From: Okeania sp.
Lineage (GTDB): Bacteria > Cyanobacteriota > Cyanobacteriia > Cyanobacteriales > Microcoleaceae
Direction: 5' to 3'
NCBI RefSeq assembly: GCF_035285525.1
Contig: NZ_JAYKGW010000097.1
Coordinates: forward strand, 1-27,812
Length of the DNA: 27,812 nucleotides
Shown here: positions 1-9,030 of the stretch, piece after piece
How the letters are laid out: the number at the start of each line of letters is the position of its first letter
Numbering within the stretch: position 1 is the stretch's first letter
Notes under the pieces: model-generated
Databases searched by the model: none
What the model was told of the DNA's origin: nothing
What the model saw: the letters and a program-made list of their open reading frames with translations, nothing else
Translations under genes and position numbers: made by a program

Positions 1-168
1 TTTTTGGAGTGCTTCAGAAAATGAAATAACTATTGGGCAATAGTTACCAAAAAAATTAGACATGACCTTTCATCGAATTTTTGGAGTGCTTCAGAAAATG
101 AAATAACTATTGGGCAATAGTTACTGAAAAATTCCGAGATTTTTTCATCGAATTTTTGGAGTGCTTAG
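1..168. repeat. Tandem repeat, about 75-77 bp unit, about 2.2 copies, cut by the left window edge
   Basis: TTTTTGGAGTGCTTCAGAAAATGAAATAACTATTGGGCAATAGTTAC occurs identically at 1 and 78 and restarts at 153. Each full unit holds the palindrome TAACTATTG-GG-CAATAGTTA (27-46, 104-123). The 3' third of each unit is diverged but still ends TTCATCGAA. Confidence 0.85.
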
Positions 169-173
169 CTGTT

Positions 174-199
174 CCCTACTCCCTACTCCCTACTCCCTA
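174..199. repeat. Heptamer tandem repeat (CCCTACT)n, STRR-like
   Basis: About 3.7 consecutive copies read directly. The same heptamer (as CTACTCC x3) recurs at 6378-6398. Confidence 0.9.
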
Positions 200-291
200 A
201 TTGTTGCATTTTAGTCAAGAATACGGATTTTAGAAGTAATCCGCTGTACTAAGTAAATATTCAGATTTGTAGAGAAAAAGCAAATAAAATA

Positions 292-3200
292 ATGAATCCA
301 AACCGTATCCAAAACTATATAAATCTTATTCAAGAAATCTTAAGCGCTCCCACAGAAAAAACAAGTCAAATCTTAGCAAGTAACCCAGAACTATTAGATC
401 AAGGATTACTCCAAACAATAATAATGGTAGCCCAGAAATCAGGAGAAAAAGGAAACCAAGAAATTCAAGAAATCCTGCTTACATTAGCAGTACAACTATC
501 AGGAAAATTTGAAATTTCAATAACAGAAAACAGCTCACCAACAATAACCCCTTTAGAATACTTAGAATTTTTAAATCAGGTATTAGAAGCAACCCACCAA
601 AGCCAAAATAATCCGCAAATTATTCACCATATTTTAGAAAAAAACCTCAACAAATTAGACCAAGGTTTAATAGAAACCTTAGAAATTTGGGGAACCTCAA
701 TATTAAAAGAAACAACATTAGAAGAAGCAGATAAAATTGCTGTAGATATAGTTAACTTAAGTAATCAAATTCAAGAATTTTCATTCGGCAATAGAGCCAA
801 TAATTTAGAAATAGCAATTACTGGTTATAAAACAGCATTAACAGTATATGACAACTCCTCAAAATCTCATCATTTAGCAAGTACTAAAAATAATCTAGGT
901 AATGCCTACCTCAACCGAATCTATGGAGAAAAATCTGAAAATATTGAACAGGCGATAGAAATTTATCAAGAAACATTAAAATCAATAGATAAAAAAAATC
1001 ATCCTGAAGATTGGGCAATTAATCAAAATAATTTAGGCAATGCTTACAGTTGTAGAATCGCAGGAGATAAAAGTAATAACCTTGAGGAAGCGATCGCTGC
1101 CTATAAAGAAGCCCTAGAAATTATCACCAAAGAAAATAATCCTCAAAAATGGGCAACTATTCAGAATAATTTAGCCAATGTCTACTTAACTAGAATCACT
1201 GGCAAAGTGAGGGACAATATTGAACTAGCAATAGATGCTTATCAACAAGTTTTAGAAGTTATTAATCAGTCAGAAAATTCACTAGATTTAGCAATAACTC
1301 AAAGCAATCTAGGCAATGCTTATCTAAACAGAACTACAGGAAAATCAGAGGAAAATATGGAATTAGCAATATCAGCTTATCAACAAGCATTACAAATTAT
1401 TAGTCAGGAAAATAAACCTTTCTATTGGGCAAATATTCAAAAAAATCTTGGCACAGCTTACTTAAATAGAGTCATAGGAAAACCTAGTGAAAACATTGAA
1501 TTAGCCATAAAAGCTTATCAAAAAGCGTTCAAAATTTTTACTATAGATAATTTCTTAGATTGGGTAATAATTTCCATTAATCTTGGTACTGCTTACCTAA
1601 ACAGAGAAACAGAAAAAAGAGCTGAAAATATCGAACTAGCAATTAAATTTTATCAACAAGCCCTGGAAGTTATTAACCCAGAAGAATTTACTTTATGGTG
1701 GGGAATTATTCACAAAAATCTTGGAGATGCTTATAGTTATAAAGTTACAGAAGATATTGCTAATTATCAACAAAATATTGACTTAGCAATAGCAAGTTAT
1801 CGAGAAGCATTAAATCTTTTTCCAGTAGAAAGTTTTCTACTAGAGTGTTTACAAATCTATCAAAAATTAGGAGATTTAGAATTTAAGCAAGAAAATTGGC
1901 AACTTGCTATTCAAAATTATCAAATAGCAATTCATTTGTTAGCAATGACTCAAAGTTTAGTGAAAACGGAATCCTCTTACCAAGAGATTTTAGCCAAATC
2001 AATTTATATGTATGAAAACATCGTAGAATGTTATGTGAATATTGGGAAATATGAAGAAGCATTAGAATATGTAGAGAGTTCTCGCTCTCGTCGTTTAGTA
2101 GAGTTAATAACTATTAATGACATTTATCAAAATGAAGAAAAACCAGCAGAAGTAGAAGAATATTATGAGCTACAGCAAAAAATTAATCAATTAAATTTTA
2201 ATGTTAGGAGAATTAATAAATATACAACAGTAGGCAGTCAGTTTACTATCAAGAAAATTGATCCAGAAACCCTAGAAAAAATTTCCATATTGAGAGATAA
2301 ACAGCAACAACTTTGGCAAAAAATCAGGAAGAATAATCGTGTACTAGCAGAGCAATTACAAGTTACATACCTCAGTTTTGCAGAAATTTACCAGTTAGTT
2401 AAGGATGAAGAAACTGCTATTCTAGATTTTTATTTTACGAGAAATAATGCCTATATATTTATTCTAACTCAGCAGGAATTTACTGTTCATATTTGCCAAG
2501 GCGAAGGAATTGAAAATCTCCAAAATTGGATACATAATAATTGGTTAAAACTCTATAGAGAAAATCGAGATAAGTGGCATAATCAAATGGAAAATTTTCT
2601 CTCAGAATTAGCAAATAGACTAGGATTAGATCAACTAATTGAACAACTAAATGAGGTAAAAGAATTAATCATAATTCCTCACTTATGTTTACATCAAATA
2701 CCTTTTGCTGCCCTACCAATTATTTCAGAAAAAGAAACTAAATATTTATCTGATTATTTTCGTTTAAGAGTCGTACCTAGTTGTCAAATCCTCAGTTATT
2801 GTTCACCACAAAAGCTAATTACTAATCCCCGCAAAATGGGAATTGTAGAAACTGCTATAGAAAACAGGTTTTATACAAGATATGAATGTGAAAAAATCGC
2901 AAATATGCACCTCATTTCTCCCCAAAAACATCTCCAATATAGTCAAGCAACAATTAATAATTACCAAAACTTTATTAAACAAATACAGGTATTACATTCC
3001 AGTCATCTTGCTACTGTAAATATAGTCAATCCTTTAGCATCCAAACTGAAATTATTTGATGATGAAATACTTCTGAGTAAAATTTTTACTTGGCAGTTAC
3101 CCGAATTATTTGATGTATTTCTTCCTAGCTGTGAAATTGATATCAATCAAACAGAAATTTCTGACGATATCCTGACATTTGCTACTGCTTTTCTTAGCGC

Positions 3201-3525
3201 AGGTGCCTGTCATATAATTAGTTCATTATGGTTAGTAGAAGATTTAGCTACAGCATTATTTTGTCTTTTTTATTATCAACATCGACAAATATATAAGCGT
3301 TCAGAAGCATTACAAAAAGCCCAAAATCAACTCCGGTATTTAACAGGAACTCAACTTAGTAATTATCAAAAGCAACTAGAAAGATATTTAGAAGAATATA
3401 TGAAACAGGAAAACCTAGAAAAAATCCAACAAGAAAAAGAAAAATTATCATGGTTATGTGAACAGAATTTTCCATTTATTCATCCTTATTATTGGGCAGG
3501 TTTTATTTCTCAAGGTATTTCTTAA
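292..3525 (+). CDS. TPR-repeat protein with C-terminal CHAT (caspase-like) domain
   Basis: 1077-aa ORF. It has about 8-9 copies of a roughly 40-aa unit (NNLGNAYLNRI.G....NIE.AI.AYQ.AL.I), typical of TPR arrays. The C-terminal part has CHAT-like blocks LHSSHLATVN, FLPSCEID and FLSAGACHIISSLWLVEDLATALFCLFYY. Confidence 0.85.
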   Translation: MNPNRIQNYINLIQEILSAPTEKTSQILASNPELLDQGLLQTIIMVAQKSGEKGNQEIQEILLTLAVQLSGKFEISITENSSPTITPLEYLEFLNQVLEATHQSQNNPQIIHHILEKNLNKLDQGLIETLEIWGTSILKETTLEEADKIAVDIVNLSNQIQEFSFGNRANNLEIAITGYKTALTVYDNSSKSHHLASTKNNLGNAYLNRIYGEKSENIEQAIEIYQETLKSIDKKNHPEDWAINQNNLGNAYSCRIAGDKSNNLEEAIAAYKEALEIITKENNPQKWATIQNNLANVYLTRITGKVRDNIELAIDAYQQVLEVINQSENSLDLAITQSNLGNAYLNRTTGKSEENMELAISAYQQALQIISQENKPFYWANIQKNLGTAYLNRVIGKPSENIELAIKAYQKAFKIFTIDNFLDWVIISINLGTAYLNRETEKRAENIELAIKFYQQALEVINPEEFTLWWGIIHKNLGDAYSYKVTEDIANYQQNIDLAIASYREALNLFPVESFLLECLQIYQKLGDLEFKQENWQLAIQNYQIAIHLLAMTQSLVKTESSYQEILAKSIYMYENIVECYVNIGKYEEALEYVESSRSRRLVELITINDIYQNEEKPAEVEEYYELQQKINQLNFNVRRINKYTTVGSQFTIKKIDPETLEKISILRDKQQQLWQKIRKNNRVLAEQLQVTYLSFAEIYQLVKDEETAILDFYFTRNNAYIFILTQQEFTVHICQGEGIENLQNWIHNNWLKLYRENRDKWHNQMENFLSELANRLGLDQLIEQLNEVKELIIIPHLCLHQIPFAALPIISEKETKYLSDYFRLRVVPSCQILSYCSPQKLITNPRKMGIVETAIENRFYTRYECEKIANMHLISPQKHLQYSQATINNYQNFIKQIQVLHSSHLATVNIVNPLASKLKLFDDEILLSKIFTWQLPELFDVFLPSCEIDINQTEISDDILTFATAFLSAGACHIISSLWLVEDLATALFCLFYYQHRQIYKRSEALQKAQNQLRYLTGTQLSNYQKQLERYLEEYMKQENLEKIQQEKEKLSWLCEQNFPFIHPYYWAGFISQGIS

Positions 3526-3542
3526 ATTTGTCAAAAAAAACA

Positions 3543-3600
3543 GTAGGGTTTTGGTCTCCAAACCACTTTTTTAGGTTGAACTTGGAGACCAAACCCCTAC
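3543..3600 (-). terminator. Long hairpin (19-bp arms, 18/19 complementary), probable terminator for the minus-strand gene
   Basis: GTAGGGTTTTGGTCTCCAA (3543-3561) pairs with TTGGAGACCAAACCCCTAC (3582-3600). On the minus strand the hairpin is followed by TG plus T8 (A8 at 3533-3540 on plus). On the plus strand it lies 18 nt after the CHAT stop but has no trailing T-run. Confidence 0.4.
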
Positions 3601-3821
3601 AAGAAAACTTTACCGAAAAATTAAACTATAGAGCCTTTTATTTCAGTCAAAAAAAAGGGATAAATATTCGACAGAAAACAAATTCTTCTGAAGCAATTAT
3701 CTTGATTTTTAAGAATAAGTAATTAGGACTTGCTGATTAAATCTTAAAGTCTTTACAGAGGGTGCATCTCATATTTAGAAAAATGCTTTTTTCCTCCCCC
3801 ATTCCCTCCATACCTCCATAC

Positions 3822-4628
3822 CTAATTTAAAAATAAATCTCCAGTTTCCTCAATTAATAAAGTCGATTTATCCAAATTAAAATCATTAGTTTCAGTCATA
3901 ATTAACTCTAAAATATCCTGTTCATTAATAAACAATGGTTCTATCAATAAAAAGCCCCCTTCATCCCGATAGAAAATAATATTCACAGGTACTTTCAATT
4001 GCCTTAAAATAACCTCAGACTTTCCTGATAACTTTCGTTGTGTAGTATCTCCAATTACCTGATAAGAAATTATAGCAGCAGTTCTATTCGTGAGTTTAAT
4101 ATTAACATAACCATTCACAGGCTTAATAAATCCTAAAGACAACTGTCTTTGGTTAGGTAAAGGAGCTGTTGAACCATCAAAAAATGGTGTCTCAGAAGAC
4201 GGATTTGGTTGAGTTGGAATTGTATTTGATGGTAATATAGTTGCTGACTGTTGTGGCGGAGAAATTGATGGCTGAGGAGATGGAGTAGGAATGGTATTTA
4301 ATGGTGGTACAGTTGAAGGTTGTGGTTTGGGAGAAATTGATGGTTGAGGAGATGGAGTAGGAACGGCATTAGATGGTGGTATAGTTGAAGGTTGTGGTTT
4401 GGGAGAAATTGGCTCAGGACGCTTAGTGGGTGGAGTTTGAACCGTTGGAGGTAATACAGTCCCAGGTTGTTTTTCTTGAGAAGGAGAAGGTAGAGGAGAA
4501 TCAAAACGAGGTAATTGTGCTAAACTTATCGTAGGCAAAATTATAGTTGATAGTAATAAAAATATAGGTCTACAAATTTTACCCTTTAGTTTAGTATTTA
4601 TCTTCAAAAAATAATCAATAAACAGCAT
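3822..4628 (-). CDS. Secreted or envelope-anchored proline-rich repeat protein with a beta-rich C-terminal domain of unknown function
   Basis: 268-aa ORF. The N-terminal hydrophobic segment ICRPIFLLLSTIILPTISLAQ looks like a signal peptide. A P/S/T/Q-rich region follows, then a non-repetitive C-terminal region of about 110 aa. Confidence 0.7.
   Translation of the reverse strand: MLFIDYFLKINTKLKGKICRPIFLLLSTIILPTISLAQLPRFDSPLPSPSQEKQPGTVLPPTVQTPPTKRPEPISPKPQPSTIPPSNAVPTPSPQPSISPKPQPSTVPPLNTIPTPSPQPSISPPQQSATILPSNTIPTQPNPSSETPFFDGSTAPLPNQRQLSLGFIKPVNGYVNIKLTNRTAAIISYQVIGDTTQRKLSGKSEVILRQLKVPVNIIFYRDEGGFLLIEPLFINEQDILELIMTETNDFNLDKSTLLIEETGDLFLN
4261..4420. repeat. 72-bp (24-codon) tandem repeat inside the proline-rich gene, 2 copies plus a partial third
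   Basis: Units start with GAAATTGATGG at 4261 and 4333 and restart at 4405. The two full units differ at about 6 of 72 positions and encode ISPKPQPST.PP.N..PTPSPQPS. Confidence 0.85.
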
Positions 4629-4660
4629 AATTGTTTAGCTAAATAATCTCATGTTTATTA

Positions 4661-5020
4661 TTAATTAGAGTTTGCTGAAAAAGTCTTTTTGTAGAGATTA
4701 AGAAGTCCTAGTGACGTTGCATAACAAAAATGTATTTTATGTCGCGCCGCGTTTCGCGGCGCGACATATAAAGCAGAGCTTTGCGTCAGCAAAACGTCCA
4801 TACAGAGTTAAGATAAATAGGAGTTACAGAGGAGTTGGTCGGAATAAAGAGTAAGAGCGATTCCTCTATTATATATAATATAGTTAGCCAAAAATGCTCA
4901 ATTTTGGATTTTTCGGGAACCGTACCTCAGTAGCCGAAAAGTTCGCACTTTTTGATACTTAAAAACCCTAAAATCTTTACCCATAAATCCTTTGATATTT
5001 AATCAGCTAACCCTAATTAA
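4661..5020. mobile_element. MITE-like non-coding element (family A) bounded by terminal inverted repeats
   Basis: Left end TTAATTAGAGTTTGCTGA (4661-4678). The reverse complement of the right end (5003-5020) is TTAATTAGGGTTAGCTGA, matching 16/18. No ORF inside. It carries the GC-rich perfect palindrome at 4741-4765. Confidence 0.55.
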
Positions 5021-5062
5021 AAGCCTAGCATTATATCAGAAAAGTCTTACATTTAAAAGTCT

Positions 5063-6265
5063 ATGAAAAGTTACGATTGGATTATAGTCGGAGGTGGTAT
5101 AACTGGAGCAGCTCTTAGTTATGAACTAGCAAAAAAAGGTTTTGCTGTCCTCCTCTTAGAAAAATATTCCACTTTAAAAGGTGCAACTCGTTATGGTTAT
5201 GGTAATCTACCCTATTGGTCTAGTAATACAGATTTGACCAATAAACTTTTTCAGGAAGGAAAACAACGCCATTATCATCTATCTGAAGAATTAGAAGCAG
5301 ATACCCAGCTTCGAGAATTAAACTTATTATTAACTATCGCCCCAGAAGATGACCCAGAAAAAATAGCTACTAATTTCTCTCAGAATAATACTGTACCTCG
5401 CCTCATAAGTATAGAAGAAGCCTGTGAAATCGAACCCTTACTAAATAAACAGGCGATCGCTGGAGCTTTCACTGTTAGTCAAGGTCATGTTTCACCAGAA
5501 TCCATAACTTTAGCATATTGTCAAGCATTTACTAGATTAGGTGGTCAAATTGAAATAGCAAAAGTAACAGGGTTAGTCAAAACAAACGATAATACAACTC
5601 ATAACTACCCTCAACGCATAACCGGAGTCTACACCAAAGACAAAACTTATCAGGCTGCCAATGTGGTTATCTGTGCAGGTGGAATTTCCCGTCACTTCCT
5701 CAAGTCAGCAGGTATTTCTACCCCTGTTTATTTTACCCATGCTGAAATGTTAGAAACTCCTCCTGTAGAACTACAACTAAATACTGCTGTGGTACCAGCA
5801 GTAGGGAAACGTTTAGATTGCGAAGCTGCTACCTGTACAATTGAGCTTGAGCAAATGTGGGATGAACCTGGCCACGAATTTGTACCCTTCAGCTTAGACA
5901 TTGGCGCAATTCAATTTAGAAATAATAGCATTAGAATAGGTCAAGTCTCCCGCGTACTAACCGATCCTAAGGCTAAAATCGATCCAGTTAAAAGTGAAGC
6001 GACTATGCGAGTAGAGATAGGAAAAATTTTGCCCTCCTTAGAAAATCTACCAGCAACCTGGCATCATTGTTTAGTAGCGTATAGCCCTGACGACTTACCT
6101 CTCATCGGAGCTATTCCTAATATAGAAGGAATACATATTTTTTCTGGATTTACCAGTCCATTTCTATTAGTACCTCCCTTAGCTAAAAGATTTGCTAATT
6201 ATGTAGCTGGAGAAAATGATGAGATTATCCAGCAATTATCCCCCAGTCGTTTTTTAGATAATTAA
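5063..6265 (+). CDS. FAD-dependent oxidoreductase (DAO / glycine-D-amino-acid oxidase-like family)
   Basis: 400-aa ORF with an N-terminal dinucleotide-binding fold, DWIIVGGGITGAALSYELAKKGFAVLLLEK. Length and C-terminal GFTSPFLLVPPLAKRFA fit the DAO family. Confidence 0.8.
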   Translation: MKSYDWIIVGGGITGAALSYELAKKGFAVLLLEKYSTLKGATRYGYGNLPYWSSNTDLTNKLFQEGKQRHYHLSEELEADTQLRELNLLLTIAPEDDPEKIATNFSQNNTVPRLISIEEACEIEPLLNKQAIAGAFTVSQGHVSPESITLAYCQAFTRLGGQIEIAKVTGLVKTNDNTTHNYPQRITGVYTKDKTYQAANVVICAGGISRHFLKSAGISTPVYFTHAEMLETPPVELQLNTAVVPAVGKRLDCEAATCTIELEQMWDEPGHEFVPFSLDIGAIQFRNNSIRIGQVSRVLTDPKAKIDPVKSEATMRVEIGKILPSLENLPATWHHCLVAYSPDDLPLIGAIPNIEGIHIFSGFTSPFLLVPPLAKRFANYVAGENDEIIQQLSPSRFLDN

Positions 6266-6329
6266 TAATGGATAATGGATAATTGATAATGATATTATTT
6301 GATATACCCGTCGCGACCAAGACACCTAT

Positions 6330-6365
6330 AAACCCGGTTTCTTAAAGAAACCGGGTTTATTTTTG
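6330..6365 (+). terminator. Rho-independent terminator of the 5063 gene
   Basis: AAACCCGGTTTC-TTAAA-GAAACCGGGTTT forms a perfect 12-bp stem and is followed by ATTTTTG. Confidence 0.85.
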
Positions 6366-6480
6366 TTGCGAAACCCACTACTCCCTACTCCCTACTCCAG
6401 ATATAGTACATTTGCGTAAGTTACGATCATGTATTTTGTTTGTGATATAATATATTACAAATATAGATTAAAAATCAAAA

Positions 6481-7662
6481 ATGCCATACGAAAGACTCGA
6501 CCTTTCCGCTCCAAACTCCGTATTATCTTGGGCAAATCATTCCTTAGAGCATCAAGAACACAAAATGGCCAAAAACGTAGCCTCTTTGCCATTTGTCTTC
6601 AAACATATTGCTCTCATGCCAGATGTCCATTTAGGTAAAGGTGCATTAGTAGGTTCTGTCATTGCCACCAAAGAAGCAATTATTCCTGCTGCAGTAGGAG
6701 TAGATATTGGTTGTGGAATGTGTGCTATAAAAACGCCTTTTGTTGCCGACCAACTAGAAGGGAAACAAAAGAAAATTAGACAAGATATAGAAGCAAATAT
6801 TCCTGTAGGATTTTCTGACAATAAAGAAATCGAAAAATCTGTCACTAACTGGCAAAATTGGAGAGAATTTAAAGAGTTACATCCAGGGGTAAAAAAACTA
6901 GAAAATAAAGCTCTTAAACAAATGGGTTCTCTTGGTGGAGGCAACCACTTTATTGAACTATGTTTAGACACAGAAAATAATGTTTGGTTAATGTTACATT
7001 CAGGTTCTCGTCATATCGGCAATAAATTAGCTCAATGTCATATTGAAACTGCCAAAGAATTAGCAAAATTGGCAGAAACAAAATTGCCAGATTTAGACTT
7101 AGCTTATTTTGTCACAGGTACACCAGAATTTGCAGCTTACTGGAGAGATTTACAATGGGCACAAAATTATGCTCGGTTTAATAGAAATGTAATGATGGCT
7201 CGTTTTAAACGAATAGTTGAAAAACACTTAGCTGGAGGTAAACCAAGCAAACCATTATTAGAAGTTAATTGTCATCATAATTATGCTGAAAAAGAAGTAC
7301 ATTTTGGCGAAGAAGTTTATGTAACTCGTAAAGGTGCTGTACGAGCGCAGCAAGAAGATTATGGAATTATTCCTGGTTCTATGGGAGCAAAATCTTTTAT
7401 TGTTAAAGGTAAAGGAAACCATGAAAGTTATTGTAGTTGTAGTCATGGAGCCGGGAGATTAATGTCTCGAACTCAAGCTAAAAAACGTTTTTCTGTTGAT
7501 GATTTAGTGAAGCAAACTGAAGGAGTAGAATGTCGGAAAGATAGAGGAGTTATTGATGAAATTCCTAGTGCTTATAAATCTATTGAAGAAGTAATGAATC
7601 AACAAACTGACTTAGTAGAAATTGTGGCAACTATGAAACAAGTTGTTTGTGTAAAAGGATAA
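6481..7662 (+). CDS. rtcB: RNA 3'-phosphate/5'-OH ligase RtcB
   Basis: 393-aa ORF with the conserved RtcB blocks FKHIALMPDVHLGKG, GVDIGCGM, GGGNHFIEL, HSGSRHIGN, NCHHNYA, IIPGSMG and SCSHGAGR. The N-terminal layout parallels E. coli RtcB. Confidence 0.95.
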   Translation: MPYERLDLSAPNSVLSWANHSLEHQEHKMAKNVASLPFVFKHIALMPDVHLGKGALVGSVIATKEAIIPAAVGVDIGCGMCAIKTPFVADQLEGKQKKIRQDIEANIPVGFSDNKEIEKSVTNWQNWREFKELHPGVKKLENKALKQMGSLGGGNHFIELCLDTENNVWLMLHSGSRHIGNKLAQCHIETAKELAKLAETKLPDLDLAYFVTGTPEFAAYWRDLQWAQNYARFNRNVMMARFKRIVEKHLAGGKPSKPLLEVNCHHNYAEKEVHFGEEVYVTRKGAVRAQQEDYGIIPGSMGAKSFIVKGKGNHESYCSCSHGAGRLMSRTQAKKRFSVDDLVKQTEGVECRKDRGVIDEIPSAYKSIEEVMNQQTDLVEIVATMKQVVCVKG

Positions 7663-7886
7663 TTTTTATATCAGGAATTACACCATTTATCAAAAGTATT
7701 GTTATGCTTGGAAGCCGACAAAATTACTTTTATTCATAACCAAAATTACAACTTTATCAAGCATTTGCTCAAACAAATATTATAGACAGGGTTTGATTAT
7801 GGAAAGTCTTCTGGTTGGGGTAGGAGTAAACCAACCCTTCTCCCAGGAGGAGAAGTTATAAAAAATGAATAATGAGTGAGAAGGCA

Positions 7887-8004
7887 AAAGGTACTAGATA
7901 CAGAGTCAAAAAACTATAGCGCTCTAGTTTTGAGCGCTATATATAGTCTCTGAGTAAGTCCTGTCTTCTTCCTTCTTCCTCCTTCCTCCCTCCCTCTTCC
8001 TTCT
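7887..8004. repeat. Copy A of a duplicated module of about 120 bp (hairpin plus polypyrimidine heptamer tract)
   Basis: AAAGGTACTAGATACAGAGTCAAAAAACTATAGCGCTCTAGTTTTGAGCGCTATATATAGTCTCTGAGTAAGTCCTGTC followed by (CTTCCTT-like)n. It contains the 10-bp-stem hairpin TATAGCGCTC/GAGCGCTATA. Confidence 0.85.
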
Positions 8005-8180
8005 AATTTTTCTGCTTCCCATCAACCCTAAATCCTAACTTTTTCAGCCTTTTCCGTTTAAACCAGCGCACTTTTTTACACCCTAAAAATGCTATAACCT
8101 TTATCTGTAAAAACTTTGATATTTAATCAGCCAGCTCCATTATAGAAAATTTAAGTCTTTCAGAACTTACGGAAAGGTGG

Positions 8181-8318
8181 AAAGGTACTAGATATAGAGT
8201 CAAAAAAAACTATAGCGCTCTAGTTTTGAGCGCTATATATATTCTCTGAGTAAGTCCTGTCTTCTTCCTTCTTCCTCCTTCCTCCTTCCCTCTTCCTTCT
8301 GCCTTCTTCCCTCTTCCT
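8181..8318. repeat. Copy B of the same module, with a longer polypyrimidine tail
   Basis: Nearly identical to 7887-8004, differing by a few substitutions and two extra A. It lies 294 bp downstream in the same orientation. Confidence 0.85.
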
Positions 8319-8391
8319 TAAAAGAAACAATTAACATATAATAACGACGATTAAGAATGTAATTTCAGCCCCGTACATGGAGATTTAAGCC

Positions 8392-9030
8392 TTGGGTATA
8401 GAACTGCGCAGTTATGTATATATAGACAACTTGCAACCTCAGCACGCCGCCTACATTGGGACAGTAGCCCTTGGCTTTTTACCATTACCAGGCGATACTT
8501 CTCTATGGGTAGAAATTTCTCCAGGTATAGAAATTAATCGAATTACAGACGTAGCCCTCAAATCTAATTCGGTTCGGCCTGGGGTACAATTTGTAGAAAG
8601 ACTCTATGGTTTGCTAGAAATTCATTCCAATCGCCAGGGAGATACAAAAGCTGCTGGTCAAGCAATTTTACAAGCTTTGGAAGTTCAGGAAAGCGATCGC
8701 TTAAAACCTCGAATTGTTTCTAGTCAAGTGATTCGTAATATTGACCCCCACCAAGCGCAATTAATTAATCGTAACCGTCGAGGCCAAATGATTTTAAGTG
8801 GCCAAACTCTCTATGTTTTGGAAGTCCAACCTGCGGCCTATGCTGCTTTAGCGGCCAATGAGGCTGAGAAGGCTGCACTAATCAATATATTACAAATTAA
8901 TGCAGTGGGTAGTTTTGGACGGCTTTATTTAGGAGGAGAAGAACAGGATATTTTGGCAGGTTCTCGAGCTGCTTTAGAGGCCATGAAAAATGTTTCGGGT
9001 AGAGAACATTCTGACAAACGCCAAGAATAA
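8392..9030 (+). CDS. ccmP: Carboxysome shell protein CcmP (tandem BMC-domain, BMC-T)
   Basis: The 212-aa product [25 protein letters not shown]...[17 protein letters not shown]...[30 protein letters not shown]...[25 protein letters not shown]...[12 protein letters not shown] matches the CcmP pattern as I recall it. It starts at TTG. The only nearby ATG (8377) runs into a stop after 3 codons. Confidence 0.8.
   Translation: MGIELRSYVYIDNLQPQHAAYIGTVALGFLPLPGDTSLWVEISPGIEINRITDVALKSNSVRPGVQFVERLYGLLEIHSNRQGDTKAAGQAILQALEVQESDRLKPRIVSSQVIRNIDPHQAQLINRNRRGQMILSGQTLYVLEVQPAAYAALAANEAEKAALINILQINAVGSFGRLYLGGEEQDILAGSRAALEAMKNVSGREHSDKRQE

Noticed and set aside
1-168. A possible CRISPR array next to a TPR-CHAT gene, reminiscent of type III-E loci where a TPR-CHAT protein accompanies the effector
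   Set aside because: The conserved part is 47-55 nt. The variable parts are only about 21-23 nt and resemble each other (A-rich, both followed by the shared TTCATCGAA). No cas genes are visible. This behaves as a diverging tandem duplication, not as repeats plus unique spacers. The left edge truncation prevents a final verdict.
3492-3722. 76-aa track ORF downstream of the CHAT gene
   Set aside because: It overlaps the CHAT stop region and runs through the long hairpin and low-complexity A/T runs. It has no motif or plausible RBS and is most likely non-coding.
4298-4504. 68-aa minus-strand ORF inside the proline-rich gene
   Set aside because: It is an alternative frame of the same repetitive DNA. 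It is fully nested in the longer ORF and low-complexity.
6429-7446. Track ORFs 6429-6638 (+), 6552-6971 (-) and 7258-7446 (-)
   Set aside because: All overlap the strongly supported rtcB reading frame and have no recognisable motifs. They are shadow ORFs.
6481-7662. rtcB as part of an RNA-repair operon (rtcA, rtcR) or a defence-linked module
   Set aside because: No RtcA cyclase, RtcR regulator, Ro/Y-RNA or toxin gene is adjacent. The upstream oxidoreductase gene has its own strong terminator. The gene appears to stand alone.
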